Part shown: piece after piece, positions 13,482 to 28,044 of the stretch
Layout: every line of letters starts with the position of its first letter
Position numbering within the stretch: the first letter of the stretch is position 1
Assembly: GCF_037042905.1 (NCBI RefSeq)
Contig: NC_087245.1
Coordinates: forward strand, 5,396,001-5,460,000
Direction of reading: 5' to 3'
Length of the DNA: 64,000 nt
Origin: Lytechinus pictus
Taxonomy: Eukaryota
Notes under the pieces: model-generated
Database searches by the model: none
Told to the model about the DNA's origin: nothing
What the model saw: only the letters and a program-made list of their open reading frames with translations
Position numbers and translations under genes: made by a program

Positions 13482-13811
13482 TATTTGAGATTATCAGTAA
13501 TCCTAGGGGATCGTGTGGAGCTGAATGTTTTCTCTTTATTATCTGTACTTACAGAGATCACCTACATATATACTCTTCCTTTATAATTGGGTTGATAATA
13601 TTCTGATCAGATTTCCTATTCAGGGGCTATTTTTCTTGTTTTTTCGTACCAATAATATTTTATATTGAATCCAATCATAATATAAGAAGCACCTTTCTCA
13701 TATATTCAATAGGAGAGTTGCTGAACAAACATGTAAGTTTTTTGGGGAAATTCCTTTCAGTCCATAGAAATTAAACTGCATGTACTATTTTTTTTCTGTA
13801 TCTTGTTGCAG

Positions 13812-15437
13812 ATTGAGATGGATGATGAAGTTGAAAACGATGTGAAAGATTCAGGAAGAGGTTTTGAGAAGCTCTCTACTTCCAAGAAGCTGCAGACCAT
13901 GAAGCGAAATCCCAAGACTGGGCAATATGAATGTCCATATTGCGTTTTTTGCTCTCCTTACTACAGTGCGGTGGCCAGTCACACCCTGATCCACACAGGT
14001 GAGAAACCATTTCGCTGTAAGATCTGCGGATACCGTGCTCGTCAACGAGGTCATGTCGTGGTTCATATGCAGATGCATGAGGAGCAGAAGCCATACAAGT
14101 GTGTTAAATGTGACTACTCCACAACCCAGCCATCTCACCTTCGAGTGCACATGAGGGTTCATGCTGATGAAGAGGAGAAGAATGAAGGAGATGGTAACTA
14201 CATTTCAGAACAGCTGGCTTCATTGAAAGAACAAATGAAGAGTGAGGAAGAGAAAATGCAGTTGTTTTCTTGTAATCAGTGTGATTATGTTACCAAGCGC
14301 AAGCACAATCTCATCCAGCACCTTGCGGTCCACACAGGAGCAAAACCCTACAAGTGTGATCTGTGTGACTACTCTTCCAGCCAGAAAGGTCACTTGAATG
14401 TTCATATTCGCACCCATACTAAGGAGAAGCCCTTCAAATGTCCCAAGTGTCCATTTGCATCAACAGTACCAAAGTCTCTGCGTGAACATCTCCAGATGCA
14501 CTATGGGCAACGCCCTCTGAAGTGTCCTTACTGTTCTTTTTCTTCCAGCCAGGCTTTCTCCATCAAGCGTCACATTGCCTTGCACGAGGAGGTAAAATCC
14601 TTTTCTTGCAAGTTCTGCAGCTACAAGACCACTGTTGAAGAGGATTTCAATCACCATAGGTCTATTCATACCCAGCAAGCCTCATACAAGTGCACATATT
14701 GTCCTTATGAGACACCTTTCAAGCATATCTTTGATACCCACATCCTGACCCATACTGAAGCTCTAGGCATTACCACTGAGAATCGTGTTCCTAAAGGAAA
14801 TATTCCATCAATGCGGTCCAGACAGGGCAGGAAGAATCGCCTTCGCAACACTAAAAAGAATGAAGTTCATGATGAACCGGAACCTGATAGGAAACTACAT
14901 GAAAGCCTGTTTATCCATCCACCAACCCCCTCATCTTTGAAAGAGCCCAAAGCCAGTCCTGTTCCTGGATTGGAGCCTGAGGACCTGATAGTTGATGTGA
15001 ATGAGGATGCCTACAAGCATGATGATGAGGTGGACTATCACCACATGGAATTTGCCAAAAACCCCAAGGCTGTCCGAAAGCAGACTTCTCCAACGCCTGC
15101 TGATGCGACTCGCACTGTATCCACTGCCATGCAGACAATGCCGGAACCTGTGACTGATGAGCTACCACCGACACCTACTCTCTCTGACAAGAGTGCTCCT
15201 TCTCTTCCCGACATTGCTACTCTTTCCGCTAATGATGGTGCATCTCAGCAGGATATCAATGAAGCTGAGGATGAACTGTCCTTGGTCAATATGGAAGCTA
15301 TGGAAGAAGAAATCGTGGTGGAGAATCCCATGAGTAAGCTCTTCACCTGTGAGTATTGTGATAAAGAATTGATCGGTCAAGAAGACTGGCGGCGACATGT
15401 GTCTCGTCACTTCATGGAATGGCCAGAAATCAACTGA
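13812..15437 (+). CDS. C2H2 zinc-finger transcription factor, large terminal coding exon (10 fingers: 3+6 clustered plus 1 isolated C-terminal; REST-like)
   Basis: 544-codon ORF with a polypyrimidine acceptor ttgcag|ATT at 13811/13812, repeated CxxC..HxxxH motifs with TGEKP-like linkers, a Pro/acidic spacer, a lone C-terminal finger FTCEYCDK...HVSRH and TGA at 15435-15437. Confidence 0.95.
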   Translation: MEMDDEVENDVKDSGRGFEKLSTSKKLQTMKRNPKTGQYECPYCVFCSPYYSAVASHTLIHTGEKPFRCKICGYRARQRGHVVVHMQMHEEQKPYKCVKCDYSTTQPSHLRVHMRVHADEEEKNEGDGNYISEQLASLKEQMKSEEEKMQLFSCNQCDYVTKRKHNLIQHLAVHTGAKPYKCDLCDYSSSQKGHLNVHIRTHTKEKPFKCPKCPFASTVPKSLREHLQMHYGQRPLKCPYCSFSSSQAFSIKRHIALHEEVKSFSCKFCSYKTTVEEDFNHHRSIHTQQASYKCTYCPYETPFKHIFDTHILTHTEALGITTENRVPKGNIPSMRSRQGRKNRLRNTKKNEVHDEPEPDRKLHESLFIHPPTPSSLKEPKASPVPGLEPEDLIVDVNEDAYKHDDEVDYHHMEFAKNPKAVRKQTSPTPADATRTVSTAMQTMPEPVTDELPPTPTLSDKSAPSLPDIATLSANDGASQQDINEAEDELSLVNMEAMEEEIVVENPMSKLFTCEYCDKELIGQEDWRRHVSRHFMEWPEIN

Positions 15438-18400
15438 TAGTGATCTACAAGTGCATCCTATAATTCTATCTTGCATGATAGATTTCTATTCCAACTACAT
15501 GTACATGTTAGTTAACTTTTTGAAAAAAGTCTGATATTTGTATGTTTTATTCTCCATAGTTACATTTATTTATTTTTTTCCTTGGGGGAGGGGAATGTTA
15601 AGAAGGGGATATTAAGGAAAAAGACATCATTTGCATCAGGCTACTGCTAATATTGTAAAGTGGAGCATCAGCATACATGTCTTTTTATCAGCTCATTCAA
15701 TGTCAAGGAAATAAGGAAAATAAGATTTTTTTTTATAGGTTGACAAAATAATTCTAAGTTGTTGAAGTTATGAGATGAATTCAAGAGAGTTTTTGATTTT
15801 GGCAAATTTTATGTGAAATACATGTATGTGATTGATGGATAAAAGAAGAGCAGATGCATGTACATGTACAAGTAAGATTTTAATAGAAAGGGTTAAACCC
15901 CCCCTAATTTACAAAGGGATTGAGGAAGGGCATGCTCTCATGATGAATTTGCTATTGTTTTTAAGCCATGTTCCTCATTTCATAATGTACAAATTAAAGT
16001 AAACTGTATTGCTTCAGTTTCGAATTGATAAACAACGATGCAGAACTTTTCATGATTGTGTAAAGAGCAATATATTTCTATTTTACATTTATTTTTTTAA
16101 CAAGTATTTCGTACATGTAGATATCTAATCATGTGAGAACATTAATATTTTCAAAGTCTTCCTGTTTTTAGACAAGAAATTGTGCCTTCTGATCATGCTG
16201 GTAATTTCGATTTATTTTCTGTCTAGAAAATATACCTTGAAATTTTCTTGAATAATTGAAACCATGGTGCTTTTGACTTTTACATGTACATGTGATTATG
16301 TGTTCTATAAGGTAAGAGATAATTTGATAAACCATAAAACCATGTGGACTCATTTAATTTTTTGTGATGTTCAAATGATTGGAAATTGGATTTGAGTTGC
16401 TACATTATGTTAACCATGATTTTATATTGTGTTGACCTTGTACTTTAATGTACATGTAACTTGTGATATGAACATTTTCTTTTTCTATATGATTTAGTAT
16501 GTTGAGTTCATATGAATACATGATGCATTCTGTTGTATACTGTGTAAATATAGTTATTGTTTTAATATGAAATGATGGTAGAGTGTAGGTTTTCATTGTT
16601 TATTTCATAGTCTAGTGTTATTCATGTCAGACTATTAAATCATAATAACTATTTAAAGTACATGTATGCAATTACGGTACCCCCTTTTCCCTGTCTTGAT
16701 ATCTACAAAAATCATTTCACAAAATATACATGTACATGTAGATTTAGGTTACATTTATTTTTCAATTCATGTTTTGCTACGAACTTGTAAGTTGTAAATG
16801 TAAAGTAATTCTAATTAATAGTCAATGTACATGTAGTTGCCAAAGATTGACATTGGCCATTGACCAGTGCCACACAGAATTTTGATAATTAACAAATCAC
16901 TTTTTACCATTATCAAATTAATATTACTATTGCTATGTTAGCTTCTGTCCTGTATACCTTGTACACGTATGTATTTTTTGTGAACAGAATGCTCTTTTCT
17001 CTGTTGTAATGTTTTGACTGTTAACATATGGATGTGAGATCATCGGTCACTTTGGGACAAATATTGAAGTACTTCACACGTGGAAACAAATGATGTGAAT
17101 ACCAGAAGTATAATTTTTTTTCTTCTGGATTGGCTAAAAGTGTGTTTCGGAACTGTAGTAGTGATTGGAATAATTGTACAGCTTTTAGTATGGTAACATC
17201 TACATCTACATGTACATGTACACGATATGGTCTTGCAGCTACAATGATGACAGAACCATGCCCTTAGTGGCTTACAATCATACAGACTTTTCATGCTGTT
17301 CTAATCTATATTGAATGTTTAGCCTATGTCTACATCTACGCAAGATGAACACACCATGGTAGTATTACCATTCTAACCTACAGATCTCATACCAGCAAAT
17401 CATTTGTAGTCTTTTTCATCAGACCAGTTGAGAACTTGTTTTTAGATTCTCGTGATCTTGCATGTAGCCACTCTGCCACAGAGAACTAAGATGTACATGT
17501 ATTTGGAGGATGAGACAATGTCAAATCCCCCTATCATAATTTCGCTATGTGTGATACAACAAGGACATTTCACAGAACTTTTTACACTAAAAGAAAAATG
17601 TGAATAAATGAAAACCATTCTGTCCCTATCTATCACGATGCATTTGTTATGTGCAGTAGTGGCTATGATACAAGATGGTCATTCAAATTGTAAACGTCAA
17701 TAATGTACCTGGCTTCCAGTATGCATGTTAATGATATGGTCACCAAATTGTTTGAAACAAAGAGTAAAGCAAGACTGTCCAGTATCCATTCACATGTGAG
17801 TATCAGTCTGTAACTGTTTGTATTGTTACACATGTTCTATTAAGTGTTTTATTGTATACAGATTATCTGCTAGACAATGATTTCTTAAAATTATCAAATT
17901 GTGTGAATTTTGTTTTTATCACTATCAGTATAAAGACTTTGAGACCCCTAAAACCTGCAAAACTTGATTGGTAAAAGAGACTAAGTCTAGTAGCTCTAAT
18001 GCCTACTGCAAGTGTAACCTTATCTGAGGGCCTACTACCAGTACAGCAAAGATTACTTGGTGTCTGGTTACATTGAATCTAGACTACTTAAAGCTATGTA
18101 ATAGATAATCGTTAGGGAGTTTAGGGATGTTTTACAAGAGTAAAGGTTGACTAAAATCATGCTTAAGCGTCAATGCACATACATGTACATGCACATGTAT
18201 TTATATTTAATGTGGAATTTAATTGTTGATAATGCGGTAGGGCATATTCCCAGAAACGATGTGTCCATTGTGGTGATTCATGTACATGTATGTTAAAGCA
18301 TCACCGCATTGTACAGGTCATTCTCACCTTTTATTTACCACCTTTTTATTTTGGATTAGATGAAAGGTACATGTAGAGAGGGAGAGAGAGGGAGGATGGT

Positions 18401-19315
18401 GGTGAAATCATTTATGCTGACAAATCAAAAATTGCTTCTGGGCTGTCCAAAATTAAACTAAGTTACATGTATCTCTTTTTTTTTAAATTACATGTATTTG
18501 ACACAATATTTACAGACTTCGTTTAGACCAAGCTGTCATGACATGCATCAGGGTTAAGATAACATAGCTATCAAGTTTGTGTCAGTTGACTTCTCCTCCC
18601 ACCATGTATATCCCTTCAAGGCTTTTCACAGATGGGATGACAATCAATGAATAGTCAGTATTGTGCATGCTCATAGTCATCTCCACTTTGATTTGTTCAT
18701 CTTACTAGCAGCATTTTCATTAGTGTAGTTTGGCAGTATTTGTTTTATTCTAACAATGTCCTTTCAAAATGTTGACTTGGGTTTGATGAGTGGTACATGT
18801 ATACTTGTATTCTAAAATTCATATGCAACTTGATTTTCAATGGCAGCCAATCAAATGAGTGTGTTTGGGACAGTCACAAGTGCTTGATTTTTTTTTTTTT
18901 TTTACAAAGTAGTTGCATTTGTGAAAAATACACAACTCTTTTGTGATGCTATAATTTTGTTTCAAATTATTTCAAGTGACACTCAATTTTGATTGTCAAA
19001 AAGCAAGTCCTAAGCACTCATAATAGTGTAGCCTTATATGTACATACATGCAAGCATTTATTTGTTGAAATGAAATGTATTGAAAATTAGAACATAATTG
19101 AAGTGAATTATATCTTGGCTGAAAGCGTTATGATTACGATTATTTAAATGAATGCTCCATGAGTTAAATCTGGGGGTATTTCACAAAGAATTAAGTGTGA
19201 CTTGGAGTCTCCCTTAAATTTCAGTTGCATATGTTGTAAAACGCATCAGTGCATCGGTCAGATCATGTGCAGGGGACGTGCACTGTTGCTTATCAATCAA
19301 ACAGATCATGTGTAA

Positions 19316-19807
19316 AGGGGAAGTTCACCCTGACAAAAAAAGTTTATTTTAAAAATAGTAGGATAAAATAATAGAAAGTAGTGCCAAAAGTTTGAGAAAA
19401 ATCCATCAAAGAATAAAAAAAGTTATAAGAATTTTATTTATTTGATTTGTGAAGTCGTATGCAAGCAGCTTTTCTACATATCGTATGGTAAAAGAATGAA
19501 TGAAATGTCATTTTCTCAGAAAATTGAAAATGGTTTTCACTGTACCTTCAGTAGTCAAATCATTTCACACCCGTTTCTAAAGACAAAACAAAACTGAGTC
19601 ACGAACCATTAACAAAATTGAAATATGTGCATTTTATATTACATAACATATGGGGCAGCTGCTCGTTTATGACGTCATAAATCCCAAACTTTAAATTCTA
19701 ATAACTTTCTTATTCTTAAATGGAATTTCCTCAAACCTTCACCAATGAGTTTAACAAAATTAACTGCTATTTTTACAACAAACTTTTCTTCAGGGTGAAC
19801 TTCCCTT
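19316..19807. mobile_element. TTAA-site (Kolobok-like) MITE nested inside another TIR element (~19171-19880)
   Basis: AGGGGAAGTTCACCCTGA...TCAGGGTGAACTTCCCTT|TTAA. Relatives at ~25920-26347 and an end at ~23361-23381. Confidence 0.7.
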
Positions 19808-20215
19808 TTAATATAATATGTGCATTGCCCTTTAAGCATGACTCACACAGTTAAGTCACACTTAACTCTTTTGTGAAACACAGTGTGCTTAAAATAGTAA
19901 GGCAGAGCCCAGGTTGAGGAAATGTGTACAACTTAGAGCCAATGAATAATGAAAATGTTATTATTTATGGAGCAAAAATTTGCATTTCTTTTTCGGAAAG
20001 TATTGTTGCAACCAGCAATGATTATTGCAAACTACAGGTACAAGTACATCTCTGTAATCTCTTGAGACCATGGAAATCGGTCCACTGCGAATTTGAGTTG
20101 AAAGCAGAAAATAAGACTTTGTCTTAAGATTTATTTAACTTTGATTATTTGACTGGACTGTAGGTAAACTTATGCAGACTAAATTTACATTCTATGATGT
20201 ATATATATTACCTTT

Positions 20216-20694
20216 TTTTAACTGATGCAGTAGCAAAAGTAATTTTCAATACTAGCATCCACCCAGTCATCATTGTTCAGTGGTATAATTTTCATTTTAG
20301 TTTTCCCATTTTTCAATAACATGCAAATTATTATTTTTTAGATTGAATTTTCTGTCTCAGGGACTTGAGAATTGTTTATATTTGAAATAATCACTTTAAT
20401 AGTCTCAATGGGATTTATTATGAATTTACCTTTGCTTGATTTCCAGAGCCTTAACTTTTAACTGATGCAGTAGCAAAAGTAATTTTCAATACTAGCATCC
20501 ACCCAGTCATCATTGTTCAGTGGTATAATTTTCATTTTAGTTTTCCCATTTTTCAATAACATGCAAATTATTATTTTTTAGATTGAATTTTCTGTCTCAG
20601 GGACTTGAGAATTGTTTATATTTGAAATAATCACTTTAATAGTCTCAATGGGATTTATTATGAATTTACCTTTGCTTGATTTCCAGAGCCTTAA
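20216..20694 (+). repeat. Exact 240-bp tandem duplication
   Basis: Sequence lines from 20221 and from 20461 are identical up to 20454/20694. Confidence 0.95.
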
Positions 20695-23529
20695 TTTTCA
20701 AAGATTTCTAGCTGTACTTGTTTAATATTTTGGTCTGTTTTGTCAGTCTGAATTTTGATTGAGTAATCTACCGGCATTGACAATGAAATGTATGTTTGTC
20801 ATTCTAATATTAAAATGAATTGCATGTGTTATTTCATTGTATTTCATCTCCATTATCAGATACATTGTATAATATTTCATTATTCATTTATCTTGTGTTT
20901 CATAACGTACCAAATAAGTCATTATATCCATTATGTTCACTATTAGTCCTTTCTGTGTTGGTTTTTTATATTAATCATGCTTGGAAATAATTGAGAGAAT
21001 TGCACATTATTTTTATACCTTCTTCCACATTCCTTTATTACTGGAGCGGAAATCATGTCTTATATCAAAGGACATATTTTTTACATTGAAGCTTTTATTG
21101 TGTGAATGTATTAAACTTATAACCTCAGTCATGCCAACAACCATACTGATGCAAACGTTATATCAAAGGAGATGTGTTTGTGTGCATTTAAACAATGAAG
21201 ACCTGTATCTTGATGGTCAGAGTATGAATTGTGTAGATTATAGTTGTAAGGTAAGTTTGGACCAACATGGCTTACATGTATCTTCTTGCACAACTCCTGC
21301 TGTATGCTTCAACATGTAGATACATGTAGACTCATATTCTGAAGCTGAGTTAACTTAGACTATGGTCCAACTATACTAAAATTATAGCTAAAAATGTCAA
21401 AATTTTGTTTACATAGAAAACTTTTTATTATTATTCCCAGACAGTTGTGAATAATTTGAGTGTAAATGAGCTGATAAGTTGGTCGAGTCTGTAATGTTAA
21501 AGACTTGTGCAACATCAGGCTTTAAATAGTTCTACCACAGCTTTTACAAGAATTTAAATCAAACCGGAGTTTAGAATGTTGGGCATTTAATTTGGCAAGT
21601 TATAGATCTTCCTGTGGTGCAGTGCAACTAAGGTTAATTTATCAATGTCTGTGCCTTATTGATACCTATATGTCTCAGCTACATGCAGGCCTTTTTTTTC
21701 AAGAAAAATGTCTTCTCAACATTGATGTAAATAGTTTGTAGTGTGCATGCATGCATGGCAAGTAGAAATTCTAGATTGATGAAAGAAACAATGTTTTGTA
21801 GAAAATCCAAGAAAAGGAGAACACTGTTTACTTTTAACAATAGGGGAAAGCAAATCTAGCAGATATAATTGTGAAGTCTGGATCATGGATGCATAATTTG
21901 ATAATAAATTGATGCTGCTTAATCGTGCTGTACTTTATTTTCCTCGTTTGTTTTTAGATGGTAATGATATTCATGAGAGAGTCAGATATGTTGAGGAAGA
22001 GAGACTTTCAAGTACGGGTGAGAGAGAGAGAGAGAAAAGAAATAGAATAGAAGATGAAGAGATGTAGACAGGAGTAGACAGAAAGATGGGAGACATAAAA
22101 TAAATGGAAAGAATATTAAACTACATATACATGAATGGAGAATGAAAATCTTGGAGCAAAGTTTTCTTTTGTGAAAACAAGAAGATCAATGATTTTTTTT
22201 TTAATAATTGAATGAACAAACTTCTTAGTTTGATTGTCAAGAGCAGTGATGTAATGGAGATCCTCCCATTGGAATTCAAACCAGGATGTGTGACATCACA
22301 AATTAAAAATTCCCCTTTGATCGACAAAAAGAGCATCTAGAAAAAGCACCTTTTTGCTTATTCTTCTGAATGTAATGTACAAACTCTGACTGGATATTTT
22401 TTGTAAAACCTTTAATATATGAATTATCCTCTCATAAAAAATGCCTGATTTTCGTAAATTGATAAAAAAACTAAATCAAACATACACTTAATGGGACAGT
22501 TGTTTACATGTGACATCCCATGTCTTGGTCACATTGCCTATGAGGCTATGATATTGATCCATAGGCTTAAATATTGATCTGTGATTCAAAATGTTCTTTT
22601 TCAAACTTCATTGATTTAATTCTTTGTTTTATACAATTCAACTGCAGGTTAAATTGCTATTGAATTGTTACAGGCAGTGTTGAAAGGTGCAAAATACTGT
22701 GTGATTAAAAGAAAAAAACTTTGACACCTCATAAATCTCCAATTTGAGGAAAAAAATGTACCATGAACACAATATGTGTGACCTGATATAGTATTTTCTC
22801 CTAAATAATTTGATACCATATTTATGTAGTATAGCTTTAAACTCAGTATAGCTTTAAATTTGGATAAACAGAAGGTATTCTTTGCTTTAATGTAAATTTT
22901 GATTTGCGCCAACGTAAGTCATGACTGCATTTAATGAATCAAGATGTCAATGAAGTCATAATCCTACAAGGGTTGCAGTGACATCCATTACAAAAACCCT
23001 CTTTCAATAATTCACATTAGAATTGTTTAATAAACACTTTTTAGCATTAAAAAAAAAAAGTTAATTTCATTGAAAATGGGTTTGCAATGCTTACTGCAAG
23101 TCGTGTAGGATGATTTTAAACTTTATTTGCGCGAAAGTAAGGGACCGTCTGGATTCATTCATTGCAATGGCCCCTTTCGCGCGAATAAAATTTTACATCA
23201 CAGTAAAGAATACCTCCTGATTATCCAAGTGTAAACACACACTACATAAATTATTTGGGAGTGTTGATGACATATTTTCCCCTTAAATTGGGGATTTCCC
23301 CTCAGACCTAACCAATATTTTTAATTATTTTTTTCTGCTATTTTTACAATGTACTTTTTGTCAGGGTGAACTTTCCCTTTAACTTTAAGCTGAAGAGATA
23401 AGCAGATCCACCCTTTGATTAGAAAATGATTTGTTTTAGAGCAGAAAATGTGAACACAGGGATCGTTAAAGTTCGAAAGATATTGGAGAAGAAAAATTGA
23501 AATTATCAGGTGTGCCACTGACTGTACTA

Positions 23530-24496
23530 CAGTGCGTATAAAAAAAAGTTTACACTTTGAAAAAGCACTGGCAATTAAAAAATATATAACATGTGGGTAA
23601 TTTTGTCACATATAATCTTGGGTTTGGGTCTCATCTATAATCCAATGAAAGTAAAAGTTTTGACAGAATGTTACACTTGAGTGAGCACTGTCCATTTTTG
23701 TAAAGCTCGCAAAAATCTGTTTGCGCAGAAATGCTTGTTTTCACGCCGTGTCAAGGGGAAAGGGCGAAATCAAACTTACCCTGCGAAACATTTCTCATAA
23801 ATTTCCCTTGCACTTTAGTCAATTGAAGTAAAACGGATACGTTCAAGCATTTTGTAACAATTTTGCCACCCAAATTGAAGTTTCAACACTTAGTAAGCAC
23901 AACCTTTACCCTTTTTGTGCCAGCTGGATCTGAGGACATAACTGAATCTGAACAAAAGTTTATATCAGACATCTCCAGCATTTTTTCACTAAGTTATCAT
24001 TTAAAGTGGGTTTACATTTCAATTTTTCATTTAATACTTGTTTCTCCACACTTCTCAAGCTGGACAATGATTAACAAAATGAAAATCAAGCCTAAGCCAT
24101 TTCATGTAAATCACAGCTCAGTGTAAAGCAAATATCGTCACGATGGCCTCGGTGTGTGGTGGGGCGAAATGCACTATTCGAAGTGTTTTGGGCAGTAAAC
24201 AAGTCAAAAAAGGTAAAATATATCTTCAAATCAATTTTACTAGCTAAATTCCATGTGTTCTTCATGATTAAAGTCTACTTTTATTCGCATAACTATTTCA
24301 AAGTTCTGCGCAAATCATTTTTCACTAACTTTTCAAGTGGTGCTCACTCAAGTGGAAATGTTTTTCGACAGTTATATCGTCATTTGCTTAAATGGATCTG
24401 TACCAATGTTAAAATGTGGAAAAATCTTCAGGATATTACAAATGTATAATTTTACAGGATTTTTTCAAAGTGTAAACTTTTTTTTGATACGCACTG
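23530..24496. mobile_element. Tc1/mariner-type MITE
   Basis: TA|CAGTGCGTATAAAAAAAAGTTTACACTTTGAAAAA...TTTTTCAAAGTGTAAACTTTTTTTTGATACGCACTG|TA. Confidence 0.9.
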
Positions 24497-26554
24497 TAGA
24501 GAAGTACATGTATGGAAATCATCTAGAATGAACCATTTCCTACATGAAATAAAGGTTTTCAATGGCTGAAAATATGTTGAAAAAGTCTGAATTCAGACTT
24601 TAATCTGAAGTGGCATTCTTGGATCACTAATATAAGATTAAATTCCAAATTTCCAATTTTAGTATATTTTGACGTAGGACTGTCACCAGGACGGGCAACT
24701 GTCATGTATTTACCATTTCCTCAAGTTCAACACTTTTCTCTCTGGGCTGTGGTGTAATCAAAACATCACATTCCCAGGATCACATTACACAGCATATTAG
24801 TAGATGTCCTACAAAAAAAATGCCACTGGTAGAGAGCTTCAGATAGAAAAGCAGTTCAGATATTTTATTCATTTGATGTTTTTTTTAATTTTATTGAGGC
24901 AAATGTGACCAGGCATGTGAAAACTGACAAATATGCCGCACTGTGTGATTTTCAGTAGAGGGGCTTTAAAAGTTACTTTGGTTAGAATGGTCAAATTTCA
25001 ATTTTTACTATTTTGTTTCTCTATTTCTATTTTACTAGTTAGACTGTCTTTTTTTCTATGGGCTATAATAATTAATGTACCTAACACACCCTAATCACTG
25101 TTTTGACAGTTAATAATTTTGCCTTTTTAATGTTGCAATTTATTCTACTTCTTGCAAACCAAATAATTCCCCTTATTTTGAACTCCAATAAATTGAAAGT
25201 AAATGATGTCTATTGTTGAAACTTCTCTGTAATCAAGAACAGGACGTGCCTAATGAGTGTGGCAAATTTGGAGCCCATTTGATGACCCCTTGTAGAAAAA
25301 TTGGAATGAGTGCTAATCCACTTTTTGTCACCTTGCACAATAGTACAAGGGTAAGTTTGCTTCAATAGACTTTAAATCTTATTTTCTCTCAAGTGACATT
25401 CTACAGTAGTCAATGTTATTTTGATGAGGGTTTGGAACATTCAAGTATGTCATGTAACATCTTAAAGCCGAGATTCTCCTCTTTCAGTAGGGATATTTAA
25501 CAGAAAATCTTACACCTCTTAAAATTGCATGTATTGGTGATTTTTCAACTTAAAATATCTGCCATGTGTATCACTATGGAAAATAATCATTGAACCACCA
25601 ATTACACAAGTTGTCAGTGCTGATATTTTCAGGGAAATCCTTGGTTTGATAGGCAACTGACTGTTACTATGGTAACTGTCCGAGACAACTGTTCAGTGCT
25701 GACAACTTTCACGAACTGGTGATGGTCTATTATTATAGCTGTCACACCAAATGGTGAGAGCTATCCTTGTGCAATCTCTCACTCAAGAGATTTGCAATGG
25801 TGCTAAAAGCAGCCAAGTTACGATGTTCACAGATAAACTGTAATTCTACAAGTATCTATTCATTCTGTCACATTTGTGTGTGTGCCTCTCTCTTTCTCTC
25901 CCTTCCATGCTCCATTTTGAAGGGGAAGTTCATCCTCCTGATAAGTTGGTTTTAATGAAAGAAAAAAATATGAAGGTTTAACAAAAATCTGAATACAATA
26001 ATTATGAATTTCTATTTTTTTAATTAAGAGTAATATAATAATTAAAAAAAAATTCTAATATTTGAACAGTTCCTGGTGACTGCAAGTACTTTTGCCATAG
26101 AAGAAAGGCATATATGAAATGAGAAGTCTGATATTAAATGCACTGATAAAATCATTTAGCAATTTTCAACGAACTTGAAGTTTGTTTAATTCATATGGGA
26201 CAGGTTCACTCATGTGATATCACAAAATTAAAACTTAAAATATCCATAACTCTTTGACAGATTTTCTATAAACCTGCATCAATATTTTCATTTTCTTTTT
26301 CTGCTTTCATTAAAACCAAGTAAATGCTATGGTAAATTTCCCCCTTCAACTCACATGAACCTTGATCAATGAATTCAAATGGATTGTCACTCTTGTAATC
26401 CAATCATAATTAGTCATTACATTATGCATTTTAATTCATTGTTTTTTTCACAGAATTATTTACAGATGTATTCTTCTTTTATCAAAGACTTTCAACATAT
26501 TCAATTTTCTTTTTTTTAGTAAAAAATTAGAGTACGAATACATAAAAATACATA

Positions 26555-26853
26555 GGCCCGTATTCTGAACTCGGGATTAAATCAAACCCTGGTTAATAGT
26601 TGTGGTTTAAGTATGGAGAGCCATTTGGGGCACAAATCCCTAACAATACACATCCAATTTATTGACTCATATGACACCCAAATCGTTCATAATTGTCTGA
26701 GAATGATAGCTGAAGTATTTTGAAGTATTTTTCCGCCTTGTGAAAGCAAAAGGAAACAAAACAGTAAAACAGAAATTTTGAATTTTTGGCTCCCCATAAT
26801 TTTAGCACAGATTTAGATCGTGGTCTAAGTTAAACTCGACTTCAGAAACGGGC
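26555..26853. mobile_element. Harbinger-like MITE (degenerate relative at ~21330-21590)
   Basis: GGCCCGTATTCTGAA...TTCAGAAACGGGC termini. Confidence 0.55.
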
Positions 26854-28044
26854 AATAATGTGCCTGCTTTGCAGACTGACTTTGTAAGAAAAGATGAAAT
26901 ACTGTCATGGATGCTCCTTATTGCCCGCTCATAATAAATGATCATTTAAGTGATCACATGATTGGATGTGTGATGGCAAACAGAGTTATCACATAGTACA
27001 ATAAATGCCACAGACAAATAAATTGAAGGAAACTTTATAAAAAAGATTCCAGATAATATTGCAAAATACATAAATGCTCAGATTCTGATTTGATGGATAA
27101 TAGAATTCCTTTTTCCAATGAGGGTTATGATACGATTCCCTGATCTAATTTCAATAGAATAATCGCGGTTGATTGAAATTACCCTATAAAACTATACTGT
27201 ACATACGATACACCCTGGATTTGCAAGGAAAGCGGTCAGGAAAAATGTTAAAATATAAACGCAACTTTATCCCGCCTAAAGGAACCTTTTCTTCCATTAT
27301 GGTGATGATCCTGTAGCCCTTAAATGTTGTTATCTACACTTAACCACATGATGGCGCTTTAGAAATATCATGTAGAGCAATTGATAAGGGAGTTTAGCCA
27401 ACACCTCACACAATTTATTCTAAAATCCAGTTAACAGAGTACACAAGTCTCCATTCTCATTTAAAGAAAAACAAAATTTCCATTAAATCTATTGCTCTCT
27501 ATTTTTCTTCATAAGACTGTTCATATACAACCTTTTCAGCAACCTTTTTATGCAATTGGTTTTGGGATAATTGTTAGGGAGAGATCACTTTGTTCATTTC
27601 CATCACCGACATGCCCCCCCCCCAAAAAAAAAAAAAGAAGAGGGAATGCCTTTTCTTCTTTTGCTTTTTTTTTCTTCAATTGGTTATTACTATCAGTACT
27701 TATTATTCTCACACTGATATATAACTTTCTTGTATTTTGGACATCTAAATATAAACTACCAAAGAATTTAAACAAACTTTTTTTTATACAAATAGAAGAG
27801 AAAAATTTGTGCTGCAATCTGCAATCATTATTTTCCTTACAATATAATTTAGTCTTCCTGCTTTCAATCTTTTTCACATTATCATCATATTGGGAATAAT
27901 AAAGCAAATTGCAGTTTTGCTTTGATAATTGTAGCTCATCTAAAAGCATCAATGCTATGCAAAGATTCACTCCACCAAAATCTCACAGAATAGTTCATGA
28001 AGAATGTTTGAGAAAGCGAACAAAGGCAGGATGATTTGTCCTCA

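Noticed and set aside
27492..27970. Overlapping 135- and 140-aa ORFs
   Set aside because: AT-rich homopolymer-containing sequence just downstream of the CMC1 stop codon, likely 3'UTR.
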